Shown in pieces: positions 49,507 to 61,646 of a stretch of 64,000 nt of DNA. This DNA is from Thermodesulfobacteriota bacterium (GTDB lineage Bacteria; Desulfobacterota; Desulfobulbia; Desulfobulbales; SURF-16), in contig JBFMAY010000018.1 in NCBI GenBank assembly GCA_040755455.1, positions 1-64,000 of the forward strand, in the 5' to 3' direction. The position numbers were made by a program, and so were the translations under genes. The first letter of the stretch is position 1. The number at the start of each line of letters is the position of its first letter. The notes below the pieces were generated by a model. It was not told the origin of the DNA. It did not search any database and worked only from the letters and a program-made list of their open reading frames with translations.

Positions 49507-51023
49507 AGGCCAAGCAGGCGATAGACCTGCGCCATGTCAAGCTGTGTCCGCACGGCAGCGGCCAACCGGTCAAAAGCCGGCTCCAGATCATAAGGGGCGC
49601 AGATTCTGCCCATGGGATCAAGCCCCTGCCGCAGGCGCAGCCCGTCAAGAAACCAGCGGCGGAAGTGGTCGTCGTCAAAGATGCCGTGCAGGTAAGCGCC
49701 CCAGACAAGGCCGTCGTCTGATGCAACGCCGCAGGCCGTGCCGTCGGCAAAATGGAGAAGCGGGGTCTGGGAGGAGCGGCTTTGGCCGTGGTGGATCTCA
49801 TAACCCCGGACGGCGAGGCCTGAGAGCCGGTGCGTCCCCTTTTTGCGGGTCAAGGTCTTATCCCGGGCCAGCACCGTCTCCAGGTCAAGGAAGCCAAGTC
49901 CGTTGATGCTTTTTCGCGAGGATTCCACGCTATGGGGGTCCTTGATCAGGCGACCCAGCATCTGAAAGCCGCCGCAGATGCCGATGATGGGGGTATTTCG
50001 CCGGCGCAGTGTGGCAATTTTTGCGGCAAGTCCCGAGGTGTTAAGCCAGACGAGATCAGCCGCCACATTTTTGCTGCCAGGCAGCACGACCGCTGCCGGT
50101 GAGCCGAGATCTTCGCCCGTGCGAACGATGCGCAGACAGACATCCGGCTCGGCCAGCAATGGTTCAATGTCGGTAAAATTGGCGATATGGGGCAGGTCGA
50201 TCAGGGCAATCTCAAGCGCCTTTTCTTCTGTCCGGCTGCCGTCATATATGCCGTTTTTAAAACCCACGGAATCTTCTTCAGGCAGCCCCAGTCCGGGGAT
50301 AAAGTCGATCACCCCGAGCACCGGTTTGCCTGTGCGTTTTTCCGTAAAGGCCAGGGCATCGCCCAGCAGGGATTTGTCGCCCCGGAAGCGGTTGATGACA
50401 AAGCCGCCGATCAGGGCGCGTTCCCATGGATCAAGAATTTCCATGGTACCGAGCAGAGCGGCAAAAACACCGCCCCGGTCGATGTCGCCGACCAGCAGCA
50501 CCTTGGCTCTGGCATAGCGGGCCATGGGCATGTTGACTATGTCATGGTGCTTGAGGTTTACCTCCGCCGGGCTGCCCGCTCCTTCCATGATGATGACGTC
50601 ATGCTCCGCGGCCAGGGCATCAAAAGCCTCGGTGGCCCTGAGAAAGGCCTCCGGCTTGTAATGGAGGTAGTTATCCACCTTCATGTTGCCCACCGGTTTC
50701 CCCATGACGATGATCTGGCTGCCGGTGTCGCTGTTTGGTTTGATCAGCACCGGGTTCATGCGGACATCCGCCTCAAGCCGCGCCGCCTGGGCCTGCACCG
50801 CTTGGGCCCGGCCCATTTCCTCACCATTTCTGGTGACAAAGGAGTTGAGAGACATGTTCTGCGCCTTGAAAGGCGCCACCGATAAACCGTCCTGCAGCAG
50901 AATACGGCACAGGGCCGCGGTGAGAATTGATTTGCCCGCATTGGAGCAGGTTCCCTGGAGCATGAGGGCCGGGGTGCGGAGTGCAGTGGTTTGGGTGAAA
51001 AGTTCGGCAAGGGACAGGGGCAT
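49503..51023 (-). CDS. cobQ: cobyric acid synthase
   Basis: [44 protein letters not shown]. Confidence 0.96.
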   Translation of the reverse strand: MPLSLAELFTQTTALRTPALMLQGTCSNAGKSILTAALCRILLQDGLSVAPFKAQNMSLNSFVTRNGEEMGRAQAVQAQAARLEADVRMNPVLIKPNSDTGSQIIVMGKPVGNMKVDNYLHYKPEAFLRATEAFDALAAEHDVIIMEGAGSPAEVNLKHHDIVNMPMARYARAKVLLVGDIDRGGVFAALLGTMEILDPWERALIGGFVINRFRGDKSLLGDALAFTEKRTGKPVLGVIDFIPGLGLPEEDSVGFKNGIYDGSRTEEKALEIALIDLPHIANFTDIEPLLAEPDVCLRIVRTGEDLGSPAAVVLPGSKNVAADLVWLNTSGLAAKIATLRRRNTPIIGICGGFQMLGRLIKDPHSVESSRKSINGLGFLDLETVLARDKTLTRKKGTHRLSGLAVRGYEIHHGQSRSSQTPLLHFADGTACGVASDDGLVWGAYLHGIFDDDHFRRWFLDGLRLRQGLDPMGRICAPYDLEPAFDRLAAAVRTQLDMAQVYRLLGL

Positions 51024-51333
51024 ATTTTTTCAGGGCCAGGAATTTTTTTTGATCTTGCCTGCGGGCCAGGGACGTTTTGTCGCTGCCTTTCAGACCGATG
51101 AGGGGGTGAAGTATGCACTGAAAATGCTGATCATGCAAAAGAAAATTTGCCTTTTCCGTGAAAACTTGCCGACTTTGTTTTTAAAGCCTGACGCAGGAGC
51201 GATTGCCTGCCCGCTATAATGCGCCATGCCGGTGAGTAGTGGGGGCATGGCAAAAAAAAATGGATTTTTCTTTTTTTTTTGTGATAACCTTGATGAACAC
51301 CCAAAAATTATTGAATTCCAGGAGGATAGATTG

Positions 51334-53463
51334 ATGAAGTGGCAGGATCTTTCGCTTTCTCTCAAACTCGGCGTGGCGTTCGGGGTAATTTTAATCATGA
51401 CCGCCGTTATCGGCCTGCTGTCCTATGCCGGCATCAAGAATATCGTCTTTAACGCCCATGAGGTTATTGCGGGCAACAGCATGCGGGCCGACATCGCTGC
51501 TGCTGAAATCGCCCACCTCAACTGGATGAAAAAAGTCAGTTCCTTTCTGACGGAAAAGAGCAAGCAGGAGCTGGAGGTGGAGGTTGACGACCACAAGTGC
51601 GCCTTTGGAAAGTGGCTTTACGGAGAGCAGCGCAAGGAAATTGAACAAAGGATTCCCTCCATTGCCCAGCATCTGAAGGCAATTGAAAAGGTTCATTACG
51701 ATCTGCATACCTCAGCCGCGGACATAAAAAAGAATTTTCACCTTGCCGATCCCAATCTGCCGACGGTTCTGGCTGAGCGGGAAATTGATCATCTGCGCTT
51801 TATCGATAAGATCAATGATGTGTTTAACGGTGTTGCCGCGGATTTTGAGGTGGAGACTGATCCCCATAAATGCGGGCTTGGGAACTGGCTGTACGGGGAC
51901 GGCGTCCGCAATGCCATCGCCATGGAACCGGAACTGGAGCCTGCCATCAAAAGCCTCATCGAACCCCATACCAAGCTCCATCAATCAGTGACGGACCTCA
52001 AAAAATACTGGCAGTCGAATGACAAAGCCCGCAGCCGCGAGATATTAACCACTGTCACCCTGCCCGCCCTCCATGAAGTCGAACATATTCTCGGTAACAT
52101 CCGGAGCGAAGCTGCCAAGAATCTTGTCGGCATGAAAACGGCCAACGATATCTACGTGCAACGCACGCTGCCCGCCCTGGCCCAGGTGCAGGAGACCCTG
52201 GCCAAGGTCAAGAATGAGGTAGACGCCAACATGATGACGGATGCAGTCATGTTGAACAGCGCCACCAGGGCAAAGCGCAATGTGCTGCTCATCGCCCTGA
52301 TAACGATCTGTTCCGGCATCGCTCTTTCCGCCCTCATCGCCAGAAAGATCGCAGGCCCCCTGGTCATGGGGGTTGCGTTTGCCGGGAAAATCGCCAATGG
52401 CGATCTGCGGGAAAAGCTGGCAATCGACCAAAACGATGAGGTAGGCAAGCTGGCCAAGGCGCTGAACGGCATGGCTGCCAACCTGCGGCAGATTATGGGG
52501 AGTATTGCCGAAAAAAGTGGCCAGGTGACTGCATCCTCCGAAGAGCTTTTTGGCGCTTCCGAAGAAATGGCGGGGGCGGCGGAGAAAACAAAGGACGAAA
52601 CCACGGCAACAGCCAGGGCCACTGAGGAGATAACAAGCAATATCCAGGCGGTTTCCGATACTGCCGTCATGATGTCCGCCAAAACCCAGGAAATTTCCGC
52701 GGCGGCCGGCGAGATGTCGGCCAACGTCAATAACGTGGCGGCTGCCATTGAGGAGATGGCCACCTCCATCCGGGAGGTGGCGGAGAACTGCACCAAGGCT
52801 CAGGCTTTCTCCGGCAACGGCAAGGATAAAAGTGATGCGTCCAAGGTATTGATCGCCGAGCTTGACCAGGCGGCCAGGGATATCGGCAATGTGGTCAACG
52901 TCATCACCGAGATAACCGAGCAGACCAAGCTGCTCGCCCTGAATGCCACCATTGAGGCGGCCAGGGCCGGCGAGGCTGGCAAGGGCTTTGCCGTGGTGGC
53001 CAACGAGGTGAAGGATCTGGCCAAGCAGACGGCGGAAGCCGCGGAGAATATCGCCAGGCAGATTCAGGACATGCAGTCAAGGACCAGGTCGGTGGTTGAT
53101 GTCATCGAGGAGGTTTCTCATATTAATGAGGATATCAATGAGGTCAATACCACCATTGCCGCGGCCGTAGAAGAGCAGACCGCCACGGTGGGCGAGATCG
53201 CCCGAACCATTGCCGGCACAGCCCTTGGCGTTGACAGTGTCTCCGCCAATATCCGCGAGCTCGCGGCAAATATTGAGCAGGAGGTTATTGCCAGTATTAA
53301 GGGGGCCGCTGCCGGCGTCAGGGAAATCTCTAACAATATTAACGGGATTACCACGGTGTGCGGGGTTGGCGCCCAGAATGCGGCGATCATTAAGAGCACT
53401 GCCGGTGAACTGTCTACTTTTTCCGCCGAGCTGCAGAGCCAGGTGGATAAATTCCGTCTGTAG
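51334..53463 (+). CDS. methyl-accepting chemotaxis protein with two CZB domains between TM1 and TM2
   Basis: [19 protein letters not shown] and [47 protein letters not shown]. Confidence 0.92.
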   Translation: MKWQDLSLSLKLGVAFGVILIMTAVIGLLSYAGIKNIVFNAHEVIAGNSMRADIAAAEIAHLNWMKKVSSFLTEKSKQELEVEVDDHKCAFGKWLYGEQRKEIEQRIPSIAQHLKAIEKVHYDLHTSAADIKKNFHLADPNLPTVLAEREIDHLRFIDKINDVFNGVAADFEVETDPHKCGLGNWLYGDGVRNAIAMEPELEPAIKSLIEPHTKLHQSVTDLKKYWQSNDKARSREILTTVTLPALHEVEHILGNIRSEAAKNLVGMKTANDIYVQRTLPALAQVQETLAKVKNEVDANMMTDAVMLNSATRAKRNVLLIALITICSGIALSALIARKIAGPLVMGVAFAGKIANGDLREKLAIDQNDEVGKLAKALNGMAANLRQIMGSIAEKSGQVTASSEELFGASEEMAGAAEKTKDETTATARATEEITSNIQAVSDTAVMMSAKTQEISAAAGEMSANVNNVAAAIEEMATSIREVAENCTKAQAFSGNGKDKSDASKVLIAELDQAARDIGNVVNVITEITEQTKLLALNATIEAARAGEAGKGFAVVANEVKDLAKQTAEAAENIARQIQDMQSRTRSVVDVIEEVSHINEDINEVNTTIAAAVEEQTATVGEIARTIAGTALGVDSVSANIRELAANIEQEVIASIKGAAAGVREISNNINGITTVCGVGAQNAAIIKSTAGELSTFSAELQSQVDKFRL

Positions 53464-53613
53464 CAGAGGAAAAGAGAGCCGGAGATGACCGTAAAAATAC
53501 CCTTTGCGGCGAGATGGCGTAACTGATCACGGGTGATGGTTCCAAAGCCTGCCCCTCGGCGACCCCGTAAGGGCAACGCGAACCGTCCCCTCCTATGCCC
53601 CCGCCCCGCAACG

Positions 53614-54276
53614 TCACCCCCTGCTTTTGCTGAAGATCACCAGACTTCTCCTGGCCCTGCTAAATGGCAGGGCCAGGGTCACAATATTCTGCAGGGTGTA
53701 CGGGCTTGCCGGCTGCTCAGCCAGCCACTGGCTGATTTCCTCTTCCGCCTTGGGGCCCTTCATGCAGATCACGGTGCCGTCAGGTGGGCTGAAAGGCGCG
53801 GCAAGTTCGAGGAAGTCGCTGATATTTGCCACGGCCCGGCTGGTAATGCAGGCCCAGGTTGGCTGCTGACCGACCAGGCCAGGTTCAAGGCGCTTTTCAA
53901 TAATCGTGACGTGGTCAAGATGCAGGCTGCGGACAATATGTCTCAGAAACGTCACTCGTTTCGCACGGGGCTCAACCAGGGTCAGCTCAAGTTCAGGCCA
54001 GGCAGCTTTCAGCACCAGGCCGGGGAAGCCGGCGCCGGTGCCCACATCTAGGAGTTGAGGCCTGTCTTCACTGTTTAAGTGGGGCAGCAGGGTAAGCGAA
54101 TCGAGAAAATGGCTTTCAACCATTTCCAGCTCAGTGGCCTGGGACACAAGATTCATCCTGCGGTTCCATTTAACCAGTTCATTGTAATAGCAAACAAGCC
54201 GGTCAATGCTCTCCGCATGGCTGAGTGGAATACCTAGGGCCTTGCAGCCCTGCGCTAAGATGTCCTTGCAGGCCAT
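53614..54276 (-). CDS. rsmG: 16S rRNA m7G527 methyltransferase
   Basis: WN..MNL, HFLDSL, DVGTGAGFPG, SRAV, MKGP. Confidence 0.95.
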   Translation of the reverse strand: MACKDILAQGCKALGIPLSHAESIDRLVCYYNELVKWNRRMNLVSQATELEMVESHFLDSLTLLPHLNSEDRPQLLDVGTGAGFPGLVLKAAWPELELTLVEPRAKRVTFLRHIVRSLHLDHVTIIEKRLEPGLVGQQPTWACITSRAVANISDFLELAAPFSPPDGTVICMKGPKAEEEISQWLAEQPASPYTLQNIVTLALPFSRARRSLVIFSKSRG

Positions 54277-54283
54277 GGTGCAA

Positions 54284-55597
54284 TCACTTTTCCCCTTCAA
54301 GTCTTACCGCCACGGAGCGGGCATGGGCGGTCAGCCCCTCCAGGTTGGCCAGGTTCTGGATATGCTCGGCATCCGCCAGAAAGGCTCGACGGGAGCAGGA
54401 AATCAGACTGCTTTTCTTGAGAAAGGTTTCCACGCCAAGGGCGGAGGAGATGCGGGCGGTGCCCATGGTGGGCAGGACATGGTTCGGTCCGGCAACGTAG
54501 TCGCCGCAAGCCTCGGGGGAGTAATCACCGAGGAAAATCGCGCCGGCATGCTGGATGCTGGGCAACCAGGAGAAAGGATCGGCCACCATGAGCTCCAGGT
54601 GCTCGATGGCAATGTCGTTGGCCATGGCCATGGCCTCGTCAAGGCTGTCGCAGACCAGGATCGTGCCCCGGTCGGCCAGGGATTTGCGGGCAATGTCCTC
54701 GCGGCTCAGCAGCTTCAGCTGTTTTTCCAGCTCTACCACGGTGGCCTCGGCAATGTCCTGGCTGGTGGTCACCAGAATGGCCAGGGCCTGCGGGTCATGT
54801 TCGGCCTGGGCCAGGAGGTCGGCGGCAATGAAGGCCGGTTTTGCCGTGTGGTCGGCCACGATGAGCACCTCGCTGGGGCCTGCGATCATGTCGATCCCCA
54901 CCCGGCCGGCCACCTGGCGCTTGGCCTCGGTGACGTACTGGTTGCCCGGCCCGACAATGACATCCACCGCCGGAATGATCTCCGTGCCGTAGGCCAGGGC
55001 CCCGATAGCCCAGGCGCTGCCGGTTTTATAAATCTGCCGGATGCCAATTTCCTGCGCCGCCACCAGCAGGGCGGGATGAACCTTGCCCCGGGCATTGGGC
55101 GGGGTGACCATGATCCGGTGCTTGACCCCGGCAATGGCCGCCGGGATGCCGTTCATCAGCACCGATGAGACCAGCGGGGTCTTCCCCCCCTGACCACCGG
55201 GCACGTAAAGCCCGGCATAGGCCACCGGGCGCACCAATCGGCCGGTGATGGAGCCGTCCTCCCGGGTAAGAATCCAGGACTGCTCCATCTCCCGCTCATG
55301 AAAGGCCCAGATGCGTTGTTTGGCCAACCGCAGGCTCTGCATCAGTTTTTCGTCCACCTGGGCGTAGGCCTCCTGCAGTTCAGCCCCGGTTACCCGGAGC
55401 TGGTCGGGGGTCATGTTCGGCGCGTCGAATCTACGGGTGTACTCGAGCAGTGCCTCATCGCCGCGCTCCCTGATGGCCTGCAGGATGGCGCTGACCGCCT
55501 CACGGCAGGAGGAATCGGCCAATTGAAAACGGTAGGCAAGCCGGGACAGGCTGCTTTTTCCTTGGGCTGACTGGGTTGTATAGGGGGTAATAATCAT
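54284..55597 (-). CDS. hisD: histidinol dehydrogenase
   Basis: GLYVPGG, GPGNQYV, IDMIAGPSE, QAEHD, EHLEL, GPNHVLPT. Confidence 0.96.
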   Translation of the reverse strand: MIITPYTTQSAQGKSSLSRLAYRFQLADSSCREAVSAILQAIRERGDEALLEYTRRFDAPNMTPDQLRVTGAELQEAYAQVDEKLMQSLRLAKQRIWAFHEREMEQSWILTREDGSITGRLVRPVAYAGLYVPGGQGGKTPLVSSVLMNGIPAAIAGVKHRIMVTPPNARGKVHPALLVAAQEIGIRQIYKTGSAWAIGALAYGTEIIPAVDVIVGPGNQYVTEAKRQVAGRVGIDMIAGPSEVLIVADHTAKPAFIAADLLAQAEHDPQALAILVTTSQDIAEATVVELEKQLKLLSREDIARKSLADRGTILVCDSLDEAMAMANDIAIEHLELMVADPFSWLPSIQHAGAIFLGDYSPEACGDYVAGPNHVLPTMGTARISSALGVETFLKKSSLISCSRRAFLADAEHIQNLANLEGLTAHARSVAVRLEGEK

Positions 55598-57330
55598 TTC
55601 TGCACCTCATCTTCATTAAATACCGGGCATTTGGTGTCTGGTGAATATTTCGTATAGGCCGGGTCCGAGTACTCCTTGTGGCACTCCAGGCAGAGGCCGA
55701 CGCGCAGAATGCGGGCCAGCTCTTCCTTGTTGAACGGCCGGACTTCGGGCCGGGAACTTTTCTGCAAGGCTACCCCGTCAATGGTGACATAGGCGTCCAG
55801 GGGCGGCGTCTGGCCGACAGCGGTGGCAAGTCCCTGGTCGGTTCCGGCAAAATGCCAGGCACCGTTTTCTTTCCAGGCCGTGCCTTCACCCAAACCCATC
55901 ACCTTGGTGGAGGTGTGGCATTCGGGACAGTCTCTGCCCGTGGTCTGGGTGGTATGGGGGTTGATGGCCGCCATGGTAAGGCTGTTGAACTGTTTGTCCG
56001 CCTTGCCTGCCTTGTCAACCAGGGTGACAATGTCCTGGCAGCCAGGGGTGACGATGATCACCTTGTCATTCCACATGGCCAGCATGGGCCGTTCATAGCG
56101 GAGATAGGAGCGGCCTTCGTTCCACCAGCCGGGCCTCTCTTCCAGGCTCAGCTTGTCGAGATGGGTTTCCGTCATGTCGCGCTTGACATGACAGCCGTAA
56201 CATTGGGGCACCCAGGTGGAGTGGCAGGCCTCACAGCCCACCCGTTTGTGGCCGGCAAAGTCGCAGACCCCGGTTTTGGGTGGTTTTAAGGGATGTTTCT
56301 TGCCGTTGATCTTGTTGTTGATCACCCACGCCTCTCCTTCCGCAATGATATTGTTCAGTTTTTCATTTTTTCGGGTCTGCCCCGGAGTTTTGCCGGCCTG
56401 GCTCCGGCCGGCGCTGACATGGCAGGTGTCGCAGCTGATCTCCAGCTGCTGCTCATAGTGGGCATAGTTGGTGCCGTCACCCATGATCTCGTTTCTGGTA
56501 TGGCAGTCAATGCAGGACATGCCCCGCTGATGATGAATGTCAGCCGGCAGGCTGAAATAAAAGCGGTCGCCCGGCAGCCTTTTTTCCGACATTTCGCCGT
56601 TTTTATAGGGGGTGCCGTAATTTTCAGATTCGTACACGCCGGTGTAGGAGATGCCGATCCTGCCGCTGCGGTTATGGCAGCGGACACAGTTGTTGACCGG
56701 TATCTTTTTGATGATCTGCGGGTGGAGTTTGGCGGCCGCCTCGGGTGACAGATTTTCGTCCTTGATGTAATGGCAGGCGGAGCAGCCGCCGCCCTTTTCG
56801 CCAAAAAAGCCGGGCAGATCCCCTTTCTGCTTCCACAGATGGCAGGTGCCGCATAGTTTGCGGAAATAGTCCAGTGCAAGGGAGGTTTGGCCGCTTTCCA
56901 GCAGTTTTTCCACCGAATAGTCGCCGTTCTGGTCCGGGGCCTCGCCCCAGTAGTAGAGCAGGGTGGCAAGAATGCCGCGGTTGGTGGCCATTAGGGAATT
57001 CTTGACCTTTTTCACGTCAGCGGCGTGGCAGCCCTCGATGCCGCAGGTTTTCTCCACCAGGCGCAGGTCGCCCGGGTTTTTGACGATGCCCTCGTGCGCC
57101 TTTTGCTTGTCAATGGCCAGAAAATCGCCCAGGTGGCAAGGGGAGCACCCCACCACCAGGCGATCGTGGGCCCCGTCGAGTTTCTCGGTCTTATGGCAGC
57201 TCAGGCACATTTCCACCCGGCCGGAGGTGGTCTGGTACAGACGATCCGGCCGCTCGGTCATGTTTTCCCGGATAACCAAGGCGAGAACACAGAGCAGAAG
57301 AAAGAACAGGACCAGGCGGGACGACGACAT
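55594..57330 (-). CDS. membrane-anchored multiheme c-type cytochrome (11 CxxCH plus one CX4CH), resembling Geobacter ExtM
   Basis: N-terminal TM; CLSCH, CSPCH, CGIEGCH, CGTCH, CSACH, CVRCHNRSGRIG, CIDCH, CDTCH, CEACH, CYGCH, CPECH, CLECH. Confidence 0.85.
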   Translation of the reverse strand: MSSSRLVLFFLLLCVLALVIRENMTERPDRLYQTTSGRVEMCLSCHKTEKLDGAHDRLVVGCSPCHLGDFLAIDKQKAHEGIVKNPGDLRLVEKTCGIEGCHAADVKKVKNSLMATNRGILATLLYYWGEAPDQNGDYSVEKLLESGQTSLALDYFRKLCGTCHLWKQKGDLPGFFGEKGGGCSACHYIKDENLSPEAAAKLHPQIIKKIPVNNCVRCHNRSGRIGISYTGVYESENYGTPYKNGEMSEKRLPGDRFYFSLPADIHHQRGMSCIDCHTRNEIMGDGTNYAHYEQQLEISCDTCHVSAGRSQAGKTPGQTRKNEKLNNIIAEGEAWVINNKINGKKHPLKPPKTGVCDFAGHKRVGCEACHSTWVPQCYGCHVKRDMTETHLDKLSLEERPGWWNEGRSYLRYERPMLAMWNDKVIIVTPGCQDIVTLVDKAGKADKQFNSLTMAAINPHTTQTTGRDCPECHTSTKVMGLGEGTAWKENGAWHFAGTDQGLATAVGQTPPLDAYVTIDGVALQKSSRPEVRPFNKEELARILRVGLCLECHKEYSDPAYTKYSPDTKCPVFNEDEVQK

Positions 57331-57331
57331 C

Positions 57332-58969
57332 TTATTCCCTGAAGCGCTGGGCAATGGGATAGCGGCGGCCGTAGCCGAAGGCCTTGGAGGTGACCTTCAG
57401 TCCCATGGCCGCCTGTTGCCGCTTGTATTCATTGCGCTTGATGCGGCGGACAATGTCTTCGACAATATCTCGGTCAAAGCCTCGGCCCGCTATTTCAGCA
57501 ATGGAGAGATGTTCCTCAAGATAGGCGCTGAGGATGGGATCAAGCACCTCGTAGGGGGGCAGATCATCCTGGTCTTTTTGGTCCGGGGCCAGTTCAGCCG
57601 TGGGGGCGCGGCTTATGGTGCGGGCCGGGATGATTTCCTGATGGCGGTTGATAAAGCGGGCCAGGGCGTAAACCATCTGCTTGGGCACGTCGGCCAGCAG
57701 GGCCAGGGCCCCGGCCATATCGCCGTACAGGGTGCAGTAGCCTACCGCCATCTCCGACTTGTTGCCGGTGGTGAGCAGCAGGGCGTTGAACTTGTTGGCC
57801 AGGGCCATGAGCAGGGTGCCGCGAATGCGGGCCTGGATGTTCTGCTCGGTCACGTCCTCCTGCAGGCCGGCGAAAAGGGGGGTAAGCGTCTGGCGGAATG
57901 AGGCAAAGGTGGCGGAAATATCGATGATCTCAAAACGAATGCCGAGGTTTTTGGCCAGAATCATTGCGTCTTCAATGCTTGCCGGTGAGGTGTAGGGCGA
58001 GGGCAGGGCCACGCCGGTGACGTTTGCCGCGCCCAGGGCCGCGCAGGCGATGGCGCAGGTCAGGGCCGAATCGATGCCGCCGCTTAATCCCAGCAGTACC
58101 TTGGAGAAACCGCATTTCCTGATGTAATCCCGGCAGCCCATGGCCAGGGCCTGAAAAACAAGGGCTGTTTCATCATTTTCCCGGGGAGGGTGCGCAGCAT
58201 GAAGTTGCTCCGTGTCAATGATGAGCATGTCCTCGCAAAACGAGTTGGCCTGCAGGCAGAGGGCGCCGTCATGGTCCAGCACCATGCTGTCCCCGTCAAA
58301 AAGAACGGAATCCTGACCGCCAACCTGATTGACATAGAGGAGGGGGACATGATATTTGCGGCAGAGTTGGGAGAAAATTGTCCGCCGCAGCTGTTGTTTG
58401 CCAATGGTGAAAGGGGATGCGGCGATGTTGATGAGCAGGTCAATTCCCCCACTCATCAGGTCAGCCACGGGATTGGCCTGATACAGCGGATGGGGAAAGC
58501 TGTTCTCGTCGTTAAAGATATCTTCGCAGATCGTTATCCCCAGACGGAGTCCTTGGTAAGTAAAAGGACTGCTGGCCTGCCCCGGTTCAAAATAACGGGC
58601 TTCGTCAAACACATCATAGGTGGGCAGCAGACGTTTGTGGGCACTGAAAAGAATTTTGCCGTCAGTCAAGAGCAGGGCGCTGTTGTGCAAGGGTTTGCCG
58701 GTGCCGCCGCTGTGACGGGTGATGGCACCGCAGAGCACGGCGATGCCCTGGGTTGCGGCAACAAGGTTGTCAATGGCGGCCTCCTGCTGGGTCAAAAAGG
58801 CCTCGTGCTCCAGGTAATCCTGCGGCGGGTAACCGCTGATGGCCAGTTCCGGGAAAATGGCAAGCTGGCAACCGGCGTTGTGGGCCTGGTCGATCTGTTT
58901 GGCAATATTGGCGATATTGCCGGTAAAATCACCGATCACCGGGTTTATTTGCGTCAGGGCGAGTTTCAT
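57332..58969 (-). CDS. nadE: glutamine-dependent NAD+ synthetase
   Basis: Nitrilase domain (FPEL, KRLLP.YDVFDE, ICED) plus [25 protein letters not shown]. Confidence 0.96.
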   Translation of the reverse strand: MKLALTQINPVIGDFTGNIANIAKQIDQAHNAGCQLAIFPELAISGYPPQDYLEHEAFLTQQEAAIDNLVAATQGIAVLCGAITRHSGGTGKPLHNSALLLTDGKILFSAHKRLLPTYDVFDEARYFEPGQASSPFTYQGLRLGITICEDIFNDENSFPHPLYQANPVADLMSGGIDLLINIAASPFTIGKQQLRRTIFSQLCRKYHVPLLYVNQVGGQDSVLFDGDSMVLDHDGALCLQANSFCEDMLIIDTEQLHAAHPPRENDETALVFQALAMGCRDYIRKCGFSKVLLGLSGGIDSALTCAIACAALGAANVTGVALPSPYTSPASIEDAMILAKNLGIRFEIIDISATFASFRQTLTPLFAGLQEDVTEQNIQARIRGTLLMALANKFNALLLTTGNKSEMAVGYCTLYGDMAGALALLADVPKQMVYALARFINRHQEIIPARTISRAPTAELAPDQKDQDDLPPYEVLDPILSAYLEEHLSIAEIAGRGFDRDIVEDIVRRIKRNEYKRQQAAMGLKVTSKAFGYGRRYPIAQRFRE

Positions 58970-59113
58970 GGTTGCTATTTATAGCATAATAAAGTGGCTC
59001 ATGCCGCATCAATTTTTGGGCAAGTTTTGCTTGCAGGATCAGCATGTTTCATACTAATCTTGTTTGCACCGGTATTCTTCCTGCAACCCTGAGCCACAAT
59101 GAGGCCCTCCTTC

Positions 59114-60433
59114 ATGCGCAAATATTTTGTCCTGGATACAAACGTCTTACTGCATAATGCTGATTCCATCAGTTCTTTTTCCGACAACTATGTGGTGTTG
59201 CCCATGTCGGTCATCGAGGAGCTTGACAAGTTCAAATCCCGCAGTGATGAACTTGGCCGCAACGCCCGCAAGGTTATCAGGGATCTCGACCATCTCCGCT
59301 GTCGCGGCAGGCTGGCGGAAGGGGTGGAGATGGAAAACGGCGGCATCTTGCGAATTTTCACGGAAGGGGATGATGTTGTCTGTCCCGGACTGAACATGAA
59401 GGTGCCGGACAACCGGATTCTCGCTGTCGCCTATACCTTGTTTAAAAAAGGCGAAAAGGTTATTTTCGTCTCAAAAGACATCAACGCCCGCCTGAAGGCC
59501 GATGCCCTGGGCATCGGCGTCATGGATTTTGAGAAACAGAAGGTCAATTTTGATGAGCTCTTTTCCGGCTACCGGGAGCAACTGGTGCCGGGTAAGGTTA
59601 TTGATATTCTGTATGAAAAACGTGAGGTTGAGGCTGACGGCCTGGATCTCGTTCCCAATGAATTCGTGCTGCTCCAGGATGAGGCTGATCCCAAGCACAG
59701 CGCCCTGGCCCGGGCCTTCAACGAGCGGAAACTGGTAAGACTTAATCCCCAGTATGATTCCGCCTGGCAGATTCGTTCCCGCAGCAAGGAGCAGCGGATG
59801 TGCCTGGAACTTTTGCTTGATCCGAGTGTCCAACTTGTAACACTGGTGGGACAGGCGGGTACCGGTAAAACGCTTTTGGCGCTGGCCGCCGGTCTTGAAG
59901 AGGTGATTATCAATAAACGCTACGAGAAGATACTGGTTTCGCGGCCGATCATTCCCCTGGGCAAGGATCTGGGCTACATGCCCGGCGATAAGGACGAGAA
60001 ACTGGCGCACTGGATGCAGCCTATTTTTGATAACCTTACCTTTCTCATGGGCAGCGGCCATTCCACGAAAAATCGGCAGGATGATGATTCCATGCGCCAC
60101 AAGGTCGATAAACTGCTGAAGGATCATGTGGTGGAAATGGAGGCCCTTACCTATATCCGGGGCCGCTCCATCTCAGGCCAGTTTGTCATCGTTGACGAGG
60201 CCCAGAATCTGACCCCGCATGAGGTCAAGACCATCATCAGCAGGGCTGGCGAGGGGACAAAAATGGTGCTGACCGGTGATCCCTATCAGATCGACAACCC
60301 CTATCTTGACTCCAGCAGTAACGGACTGACCTATACAGTGGAACGGTTAAAAACGTTGCCGATCCATGGCCACATCACCCTGAAAAAAAGTGAACGGAGC
60401 CAGCTGTCAGGGGTGGCGGCGGATTATCTGTAA
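59114..60433 (+). CDS. PIN-PhoH family protein
   Basis: VLDTNVLL PIN domain, DNRIL, SKD.N.R, GQAGTGKT, RGRS, DEAQN, GDP.QID. Confidence 0.92.
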   Translation: MRKYFVLDTNVLLHNADSISSFSDNYVVLPMSVIEELDKFKSRSDELGRNARKVIRDLDHLRCRGRLAEGVEMENGGILRIFTEGDDVVCPGLNMKVPDNRILAVAYTLFKKGEKVIFVSKDINARLKADALGIGVMDFEKQKVNFDELFSGYREQLVPGKVIDILYEKREVEADGLDLVPNEFVLLQDEADPKHSALARAFNERKLVRLNPQYDSAWQIRSRSKEQRMCLELLLDPSVQLVTLVGQAGTGKTLLALAAGLEEVIINKRYEKILVSRPIIPLGKDLGYMPGDKDEKLAHWMQPIFDNLTFLMGSGHSTKNRQDDDSMRHKVDKLLKDHVVEMEALTYIRGRSISGQFVIVDEAQNLTPHEVKTIISRAGEGTKMVLTGDPYQIDNPYLDSSSNGLTYTVERLKTLPIHGHITLKKSERSQLSGVAADYL

Positions 60434-60487
60434 GAGGGATATTTACCAACTGTTTACCGCCGCGAACATGAAAAGGACCTGAAACAT

Positions 60488-61546
60488 ATGAAATTTGAAC
60501 CGAAATGGATTGCCTGGGAGATTACCAGACGTTGTAACCTCAAATGCGTTCACTGCCGGTCTTCTTCGCAGCTTGAGGTCATAGGCCATCCTGATTTTTC
60601 CCTTGAGGAGGCCCGCCGGGTGCTTGACGATATCGCCTCCTACGCCAACCCGGTCATGGTGCTTTCCGGCGGCGAGCCCCTGCTGCGCAAGGATGTCTTT
60701 GACATTGCCACCTATGGCACGAGTAAAGGCCTGCGCATGTGCCTGGCCACCAACGGGACATTGGTCACCGAAGAAATCTGCGGCAAAATTAAGGAGGCGG
60801 GCATCAAAATGGTGTCCCTCAGCCTGGACGGCTCCACCGCCGCGGTTCATGACAATTTCCGCAATCAGGCCGGGGCCTTTGCCGGCACCCTGAATGCCGC
60901 CGCCCTGTTCAGGAAGCATGACATCTCCTTTTTGATCAATTCCTCGTTTACCAAGCGAAATCAGGAGGAGATCCCCAAAATCTACAAGCTTGCCAAGGAA
61001 ATCGGGGCCACCGCCTGGTATATGTTCATGATTGTCCCCACCGGCCGCGGTGAAGAGATCATGAAAGAGCTCATTTCCATGGAGGATTATGAGAAAATGC
61101 TTGAGTGGCATTACGACATGGAAAAGGAGGAGAATGACATTCTGGTCCGGCCCACCTGCGCACCGAGTTACTACCGCATCGTCCTGCAGAAAAAGAAGGA
61201 AACCGGCGACGATTTCCAGCGGCGAACCCTGAAATTTTCCACAGGCGGCTCCAAAGGCTGCCTTGCCGGGCAGCTGATCTGTCTCATCGACGTGGACGGC
61301 AACGTCCTGCCCTGCAGTTATTTCCCCATGGGCGCCGGCAATATCCGGGAGAAATCCTTCAAGGATATCTGGGAAAATTCAAAACTTTTCCATGACATGC
61401 GTGATTTCAAGGCTTACAAGGGCCGTTGCGGCTCCTGCGAATACGTCAGCGTGTGCGGCGGGTGCCGGGCCAGGGCCTACGCCATGCATGGTGACTACAT
61501 GGCGGAAGAGCCTTTCTGTTCCCATGTCCCGGCCAAATTAAAATAA
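60488..61546 (+). CDS. ahbD: radical SAM/SPASM protein, AhbD-like (Fe-coproporphyrin decarboxylase)
   Basis: [34 protein letters not shown] cysteines; directly upstream of hemE. Confidence 0.7.
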   Translation: MKFEPKWIAWEITRRCNLKCVHCRSSSQLEVIGHPDFSLEEARRVLDDIASYANPVMVLSGGEPLLRKDVFDIATYGTSKGLRMCLATNGTLVTEEICGKIKEAGIKMVSLSLDGSTAAVHDNFRNQAGAFAGTLNAAALFRKHDISFLINSSFTKRNQEEIPKIYKLAKEIGATAWYMFMIVPTGRGEEIMKELISMEDYEKMLEWHYDMEKEENDILVRPTCAPSYYRIVLQKKKETGDDFQRRTLKFSTGGSKGCLAGQLICLIDVDGNVLPCSYFPMGAGNIREKSFKDIWENSKLFHDMRDFKAYKGRCGSCEYVSVCGGCRARAYAMHGDYMAEEPFCSHVPAKLK

Positions 61547-61646
61547 CTGCATGATTTCTGAAATGGTCCATTGGTTGAAGCGCCGACACCTGTTCACCGA
61601 TTAACGAGTCAGCCAATCCACTAATCAATAACGAAGGAAAAAAAGA

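Noticed and set aside
51024..51333. Possible cobalamin riboswitch upstream of cobQ-cbiB
   Set aside because: No B12-box or conserved core seen. The GCCATGCC/GGCATGGC hairpin is not followed by a U-tract on either strand.
53464..53613. GC-rich intergenic stretch, possibly REP-like or an sRNA
   Set aside because: No convincing stem and no second copy in the window.
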